Part shown: positions 51,320-51,997 of the stretch, piece by piece
Layout: every line of letters begins with the position of its first letter
Numbering within the stretch: the stretch's first letter is position 1
From: Octopus bimaculoides
Lineage: Eukaryota
DNA: 51,997 nucleotides
Direction: 5' to 3'
NCBI RefSeq assembly: GCF_001194135.2
Contig: NC_068990.1
Location: 14,462,846-14,514,842, forward strand
Notes under the pieces: model-generated
Database searches by the model: none
What the model was told of the DNA's origin: nothing
What the model saw: the letters and a program-made list of their open reading frames with translations, nothing else
Made by a program: the position numbers and the translations under genes

Positions 51320-51418
51320 ATGCCCTTCCTAAGCCATGCCCTTCCTAACGCCATGCCCTTCCTAAGCCATGCCCTTCCTAACGCCATGCCCTTCCTAACG
51401 CCATGCCCTTCCTAACGC
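51320..51418 (+). repeat. 16/17-bp minisatellite atgcccttcctaa(c)gcc x6, emerging from an 857-N gap
   Basis: Direct reading of six units. Confidence 0.9.
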
Positions 51419-51766
51419 TATTCATATAAATTGACATTACACATCCTCTGCTTCTCAAAGCTAGCTAGTCTCATCCACCACTCAGGCATTACTTACCCAC
51501 TCATCTCTCCATCATCCTTTGTTCATCGAAACTCACCTTTCCTTGTACTAACCCCTATCCCAATCTTTCCTCCCCAGAACATTGTCCCACTGAAATCTCC
51601 TTCCAGCTCATGTGTTTTTTATAACTACTGATCTGCAACAGTTTAAACTAGACATTAACAGCATCACTCTTACCAGCACCAGAGGGCCTGCAAGGGCCAT
51701 GGGCTCTGTCCTTTCCTCCAGACTCACCAAATAAAACTAAAATTGAATTTTAAAAAGTATATTTAC

Positions 51767-51914
51767 CACAGTAAGGACAGCATTTTCCAAACATATAATA
51801 CTTTTTATACGGTGGGAAGCACTCAATGTCGCAAACTGTTGTATCACAATCAATGCTGTTCACTCCAACACAAGTACAAGTTTTGCAGTTGTTTACACTC
51901 CAGGTATCATTGAT
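51767..51914 (-). CDS. Exon: VWC (von Willebrand C) domain, INDTWSVNNCKTCTCVGVNSIDCDTTVCDIECFPPYKKYYMFGKCCPYC
   Basis: Acceptor tttttgttttag|ATC, donor TGTG|gtaaat; 148 nt, phase 0-1. W-x4-C-x2-C-x-C ... CC-x2-C pattern of VWC. Not in the ORF track. Confidence 0.85.
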
Positions 51915-51958
51915 CTAAAACAAAAACAATAATTATTCAACATAACACTATATATATG

Positions 51959-51997
<39 letters not shown>

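Noticed and set aside
51320-51418. Short regularly repeated units resembling a CRISPR array
   Set aside because: No unique spacers, eukaryotic context and no cas genes; it is a head-to-tail minisatellite.
51728-51736. tag|TTTTATTTG|gtgagt 9-nt microexon candidate
   Set aside because: It would leave only a 30-nt upstream intron, and using the donor to extend the VWC exon runs into a TAA stop.

Overview
Eukaryotic, AT-rich, microsatellite-dense draft-assembly DNA with 13 N-gaps. The SINE, RTE-LINE and mariner repeats look like octopus repeats (recalled, not searched). The whole window lies inside one minus-strand, multi-exon gene that is open at both window edges and mostly invisible in the ORF track. 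I reconstructed up to 19 GT-AG exons with mutually compatible phases. They encode a giant mucin-like protein: VWC - compact 6-Cys LDLa-like module - TIL-like - VWC - TIL-like - two divergent discoidin (F5/8C)-like domains - long Thr/Ser/Pro-rich repeat exons. The most unusual signal is two 6-nt candidate microexons (47654-47659, 45782-45787) with strong splice sites. Together they insert HNQTK between two cysteines and create an N-glycosylation sequon (NQT) that exists only if both are included. Introns hold RTE-LINE 3' tails, tRNA-derived SINEs, Tc1/mariner remnants, several long hairpins and a minisatellite derived from the LINE tail. No rRNA, true tRNA or CRISPR features. All exon calls are manual predictions without transcript support.
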